Source: Acidobacteriota bacterium
Lineage (GTDB): Bacteria > Acidobacteriota > UBA6911 > JACQSX01
Assembly: GCA_036507075.1 (NCBI GenBank)
Contig: DASXQR010000128.1
Span: forward strand, 1-31,107
DNA length: 31,107 bases
Reading direction: 5' to 3'
Shown in pieces: positions 27,501 through 31,107 of this stretch. The position numbers and the translations under genes are program-made. How positions within the stretch are numbered: the stretch's first letter is position 1; each line of letters opens with the position of its first letter. The notes under the pieces are model-generated. The model saw nothing but the letters and a program-made list of their open reading frames with translations. It did not search any database and had not been told where the DNA came from.

Positions 27501-27921
27501 GGATTTGACGCTGCAATCGGGTTTTCCGGCGGATTATCCCAATGCCCCTCCTTTGGAAAAGCGCAGCGCCAAGCTTCCTTCGGACCGGAGGGATCTTTTC
27601 CACGCATTCGATACGACGCTCTTTCCCCGGACGGCGCCAAACCTGAACTTTAATCTGAGAACCTTTCCCACCCGCTTTTCCGACGTGCGGCTGTATCCGC
27701 TGCAGAACCTGGATGCTTCGCTCTACAAAAACACGTCCATTACTGAATCGATAAAGCTGCAGTTACGCGTGGAGTTTCTCAACGCTTTCAACCATCCCTG
27801 GTTCTCGCGTCTGCGGGCTCCTCAATCCATCGATGTGACCAATCCCACGTTCGGCTACTACCGGCTCGAAGAAGGCAATCAGATGCGGCTGGTTGCGCTG
27901 GTGGCGAAGGTGCTGTGGTGA
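24505..27921 (+). CDS. TonB-dependent receptor with carboxypeptidase regulatory-like domain
   Basis: GGGAGGGG RBS before ATG 24505, signal peptide MRRLFSTFLG..AVQA, PPLESVREFKVNTGTYDAQYG, and C-terminal RLVALVAKVLW. Confidence 0.93.
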   Translation: MRRLFSTFLGCSILLAFFTSAVQAQEIRASISGIIRDPSGSVVPGVTVTVTSVERNTSLSTVSEDTGNYLISFLLPGTYRLATELPGFKRFIRENILLQVGDKARIDVTLEVGEVSDSVVVEQKSQLLETETATRGHVITSQQIADLPNNGRNVFQLVWAVPGVIKASTYWGSMENYALGNATSVSINGGKVRENETLLDGTTDTVANRDVNFQPPLESVREFKVNTGTYDAQYGRTGGGVTTIHSKSGTNAFHGSVYEFNKMDALGANPWVLNYLKQPRPHFINNTFGFEVDGPVYVPKLFDGRNKVFFMVAYEGLQERSSGGDSALVPTDAMRNGDFSAVPVTIFDPLTTKTVDGRIVREAFAGNKIPANRISPVAAKVLAFVPKPNFGTGVPGEDNYAAFLGAKNYYNEWLARLDWAINANNNIYVRHGRLPYTEFDDILFGGSSPAEPSTENPLHRNFYNWSVDWTSTLNPTTILDLRAGLARYVNTGGSPPAVGFDPRKLEFADSLVSQFTFLHFPRFELGKYTTVGTSRILSKDVNDAYSYQANLSRVEGNHQLKTGVEFRLYNQNSLTPGLSSGRYVFNKVFTQRDPTRADAASGDEFAAFLLGYPISGSVDVNVDPAFQHHYYALFAQDDWKVTPRLTANLGLRWDMETAPVERFNRMHRGFAFSAAHPLAGSVPGLNLKGGILFASENDRRAFELDKNNFQPRVGMAYRLSEKWVVRGGYGLFFLGANERGSTEGFSRQTPLIASNDSGQTPRVTLTNAFPEGLLRPIGNSLGANTNTGLNIGTVFLDRPLPYSHQFSFGVERQLPGEWLVEVAYSGNQSRRLPVSANINVIPREELGKDSTYYTARLPNPLQGLIPANSSLNGATISRELLLRPYPHYGAISVGSIPIGKQYYHSMQSRLTKRFNQGMSLLVAYTISKNIEAVSFLNNQDFILSDPDSSRPERRLTQFDAPQKLAVLWTAQLPFGRSRRFGSNVNPVVDKVIGGWQFNMDLTLQSGFPADYPNAPPLEKRSAKLPSDRRDLFHAFDTTLFPRTAPNLNFNLRTFPTRFSDVRLYPLQNLDASLYKNTSITESIKLQLRVEFLNAFNHPWFSRLRAPQSIDVTNPTFGYYRLEEGNQMRLVALVAKVLW

Positions 27922-27927
27922 TAGACG

Positions 27928-28214
27928 GCCGATTACACGGATGAAAACGGATCAATCGGCGTGCTCCGCGTAAATCCGCGGCCGATTCATCGGGAATGAG
28001 CCGCCGATTACACGGATGAAAACGGATCAATCGGCGTGCTCCGCGTAAATCTGCGGCCGATTCATCGGGAATGAATAGGCCGCCGATTACACGGATTAAA
28101 ACGGGTCAATCGGCGGTGCTCCGCGTAAATCCGCGGCCGATTCATCGGGAATGAGCCGCCGATTACACGGATTAAAACGGGTCAATCGGTGTGCTTCGCG
28201 TAAATCTGCGGCCG
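27928..28214. repeat. Tandem array of four ~75-79-bp hairpin-containing units (last one truncated)
   Basis: Units start at 27928, 28003, 28082 and 28158 with GCCGATTACACGGAT.AAAACGG.TCAATCGG...CGCGTAAATCYGCGGCCG. Confidence 0.9.
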
Positions 28215-28276
28215 GCGAAGACATTCGTCACCGCTATCGATTTGGTATTATGAAAGTTTAGGAGCTTGGTGCCTTG

Positions 28277-31107
28277 GTGGTAAAAAAAATTGTTTGCTTG
28301 CGCGCCGTGTTGCCGGCGGCGGCCCTGCTCGGGGTGGCCGGGTGGATCTTCACGTCAGTTTCCGCGGAAAAACCTGCGCCGCTGATCCAGCAAGAGGCTG
28401 GGTACGCCAAGCTGAAGTTAAACCAGCCCTGGACCGGCAAGCTGGCTCCTGGGGAAGAGAACCACTGGAGCACGGAAGCGCTGCATCCGTCCTTCCTCTA
28501 TACATTTTCTGTCTCCGTAGAAGCGGCTGTACTACAGGCGGATGATCGCTTTGTAATCTCGCTTCAAGGACCGGGCGGTCTCCAGTTGGCCAAAATCCTG
28601 CACGCAGGAGATCCAAGCTTTTTTGTCACCTTTCGCCCGCGACAACCCGGACCGGCAATTGTTCTTTGGCAGTCTCAGCTCACAGAGGGGCAGCGGGAAG
28701 TGGCAATCGATCGCGGCATTTCTTCCAACGGGCAAAGTGCACCGGCAAAACGTCGTGCTGCCGCGCCCAATGCCAGCATCGTGGTGCAGCGCCTCGACCT
28801 GTCAGCACATGAGCAAATTGCTTTCGAGGCCGAGCCCAATGATTCGTGGCGACAGGCCAATTCGCTCGTACTGGGCAGATCCGTCTACGGCAGTTGTGAT
28901 GATGTCGAGTATCTGGATAATCAAGACGAGTACAAGGCGGGCTGGGATTGGTTCGAGATCAAGTTCGATCAACCGCAGCCAAGGCTGGTCTATTTCGAGT
29001 TGGACCTGGCAGACCGCGATATTCCCTTACAATTGCTCTTCTACCGACACAATCCCGCAACCGACTCGATTGAGCCTTACACGCGCGGCAAGGACCCGAT
29101 GGAAGTGCTGCATGACGGTCAGAAAGTGCGCTACTCGAAATTCATCAGCCGCGTCCTGACACCCGGACGCTATTACCTGGCAGTGCTGGGGAATCATCCC
29201 TTCTACCTGTTGCGTTCAACCGTCTACCCGATGCCTCCGTACCAGAATCCTGAGCAAGCGGTTGAGACCGCGATGCACTACATGCTCGGCATTGGGGATG
29301 CCTGGTTTGCTCAAGTGCCGCGACTGGGATCGCACTACCGCCGCTCTGTGATGCTTCACGATGAGGCGCAGCGCTGCACCGCCTGCCATCCGACGGTTTT
29401 TCCTCTGGAAAGCGCCTTGACCGCCTTTAAAAATGGTTACCCCATCCGGGCCAAAAGCCAGTTCCAGTACTTAATGCAGCGAGTTTACAATGCCCCCACT
29501 CCCCTGTACGGCAATCCCGGCGTCAACTGGGTTCGCTTCGTAGCGATCGAGCTGCAGTTTTTCGGCAAACAGGGAGGTCTGGTCATTGATTATGAAAACT
29601 CCGTTGCCGGCAGACCTACTGCGCGGCTGGACCGTTTTACCGGTTTTTTGCAGGCAGCATGGGATCACCGCACCACGCTGCCTGCTGACGAAGACAACGG
29701 CGTGTCCCCTCTGGATAGCAAGTTTGGTTTTGCGTGGCGTGACTGGCGCGTGCTGGCAGAGAAAGCGCGCCGCACCGGAGACAAATCGGCCCGGATGTCG
29801 GCCGACCACATTGAAGAGATCTTTGCCGGCGCCGAGTCGATCCGGCGCCTGGAAGGAACGCAGGACCGTTTGCATCGACTGCACGGCTTGGCTTTGATGA
29901 ACCGGCAGCGCTACCAGGCTGAAATCGCCGCCGAGATCCGCTACCAGATCGATCGCCAGAACGAAGACGGCGGCTGGCCGGGCAACGATGAAAAGCCCGC
30001 AGGAGGCGACCGGCGACCTCCGTCGGCGGCAAGCGCTGAATATCTCACCGGGCAAACCATACATACGCTCTTGACGGCGGGAGCAGGCGACAAGGAGCGT
30101 GCGCGGCTGGAAAAGGGCGCTCGCTGGCTGCTGTCGCGGCAGCAGGATTTCGGCGGATGGTTTCAAACCGATACGATCGAGAATTTCATCACCCCGATGC
30201 GCGAAACGCGCTACGCCATTATGGCTTTGTCCGCCCTGTACCCGCGCCAGGCCGAGTCGGGACGGGGGCTGGGCAACCGTGACGAAAAACCCGCCCGCCG
30301 GCCTCGCACCGACTCAGTGCTGCATACCTTGGACGATCTCGACAACCTGTGGCAGGTGCCGGCGGCGCGCCGCGCTGAGTTTGAAGCTGGTATCGTACCG
30401 CTCCTGAAACATCAAAACTCCTTTGTGCGGGCGCTGGCCGCGGAGTGCCTGGGACGCATCGCCGGCCCGGAAACGATCCAACCACTGGTGGCCCAACTGC
30501 GGGATCCGGTCAAAATGGCTTCCCACAGCGCTTCATGGGCGCTCCGCCAGTTAGGCAACCGCGGCATCGGTCTTGACGCCATTCGCGCCGCTCTTCATTC
30601 CCCGCAGGCGGCTACGCGGCGCGGCGCCGCTCGCATCTTCGCCTATCAGTTCTATGGAATGGACGGGCGTTCCGATTTGTTGGAAGCCTTTTTTCCGTTG
30701 CTCGAAGACCCGGACCTGCTGACTCGCCACCAGGCTGTGAGCACTTTGTCGCAATGGTGGTACCGAACCGTCGATCGGCGGATCCGGCAGCGAATCTTCC
30801 AGACGTTCATCGACCGGCTTTCCGACGCGGAGAGGCATCCGCTGCAGCGCTTCAACCTTTCTCAGGGACTTTACAATCTATTAGATGAAAATCTCGGCAG
30901 TCCCGGCACCGGCTATGGCCGCTGGATTGAATATTTAAAGCCGGAACAGCAAAACGCGCTGCGGTCGGAACGGCGCTGGCAGGAACAGGAAATCCTGCTC
31001 AAACCGATACTGGCGGCTCTGACCCGCGGTCCGGCTGCGCAGCGTTTGGGAGTGTTGCTCGGTTTCGATGGCACGCCGTTTTGGAGAGGCTATACAACGG
31101 CGGCATT
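28277..31107 (+). CDS. Large secreted protein with PPC-like, CxxCH, prenyltransferase/cyclase-like QW motifs and HEAT repeats (partial, >940 aa)
   Basis: Manual translation: frame open from TTG 28274/GTG 28277 (AGGAG upstream) to the window end. MVKKIVCLRAVLPAAALLGVAGWIFTSVSA, EAEPNDSW, CTACH, QNEDGGW, QQDFGGW, VRALAAECLGRI, TRRGAARIF. Confidence 0.88.
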   Translation, partial: MVKKIVCLRAVLPAAALLGVAGWIFTSVSAEKPAPLIQQEAGYAKLKLNQPWTGKLAPGEENHWSTEALHPSFLYTFSVSVEAAVLQADDRFVISLQGPGGLQLAKILHAGDPSFFVTFRPRQPGPAIVLWQSQLTEGQREVAIDRGISSNGQSAPAKRRAAAPNASIVVQRLDLSAHEQIAFEAEPNDSWRQANSLVLGRSVYGSCDDVEYLDNQDEYKAGWDWFEIKFDQPQPRLVYFELDLADRDIPLQLLFYRHNPATDSIEPYTRGKDPMEVLHDGQKVRYSKFISRVLTPGRYYLAVLGNHPFYLLRSTVYPMPPYQNPEQAVETAMHYMLGIGDAWFAQVPRLGSHYRRSVMLHDEAQRCTACHPTVFPLESALTAFKNGYPIRAKSQFQYLMQRVYNAPTPLYGNPGVNWVRFVAIELQFFGKQGGLVIDYENSVAGRPTARLDRFTGFLQAAWDHRTTLPADEDNGVSPLDSKFGFAWRDWRVLAEKARRTGDKSARMSADHIEEIFAGAESIRRLEGTQDRLHRLHGLALMNRQRYQAEIAAEIRYQIDRQNEDGGWPGNDEKPAGGDRRPPSAASAEYLTGQTIHTLLTAGAGDKERARLEKGARWLLSRQQDFGGWFQTDTIENFITPMRETRYAIMALSALYPRQAESGRGLGNRDEKPARRPRTDSVLHTLDDLDNLWQVPAARRAEFEAGIVPLLKHQNSFVRALAAECLGRIAGPETIQPLVAQLRDPVKMASHSASWALRQLGNRGIGLDAIRAALHSPQAATRRGAARIFAYQFYGMDGRSDLLEAFFPLLEDPDLLTRHQAVSTLSQWWYRTVDRRIRQRIFQTFIDRLSDAERHPLQRFNLSQGLYNLLDENLGSPGTGYGRWIEYLKPEQQNALRSERRWQEQEILLKPILAALTRGPAAQRLGVLLGFDGTPFWRGYTTAA

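Noticed and set aside
27928..28214. Possible CRISPR array
   Set aside because: Units are near-identical along their whole length with no unique spacers, and no cas gene is present.
246..28281. Integron cassette array interpretation of the intergenic palindromes
   Set aside because: Genes lie in both orientations, several have their own promoters, no consistent RYYYAAC/GTTRRRY cores were seen and no integrase is present.
28294..30855. Short ORFs listed by the track at the right end
   Set aside because: All are off-frame or antisense to the single long open frame starting at 28274/28277.

Overview
Bacterial chromosomal segment with Acidobacteriota-like gene content (taxonomy inferred from protein style). 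It carries a phd/vapC toxin-antitoxin pair, a secreted TPR-CHAT caspase-like protease, three carboxypeptidase-regulatory-domain/TonB-dependent receptors and two tandem paralogous secreted PPC-domain proteins. It also has a membrane protein plus winged-helix regulator operon, a tricorn (S41) protease, a sulfatase and a Crp/Fnr regulator. Two small probable genes are present: a sigma54-preceded membrane peptide and a CxxC/CxxC zinc-ribbon protein. A >940-aa secreted protein with PPC-like, CxxCH, QW-motif and HEAT-repeat regions runs off the right end and is missing from the ORF track. The most unusual feature is non-coding: every intergenic spacer holds a palindromic or periodic repeat. Most belong to one family (arm consensus ACCRCNRAGRCRCNRAG), found as head-in hairpins, head-out MITE-like units, a related tandem array and lone arms. 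Two pairs of arms are perfect inverted repeats bracketing whole genes. No transposase, CRISPR array, rRNA or tRNA was recognised.
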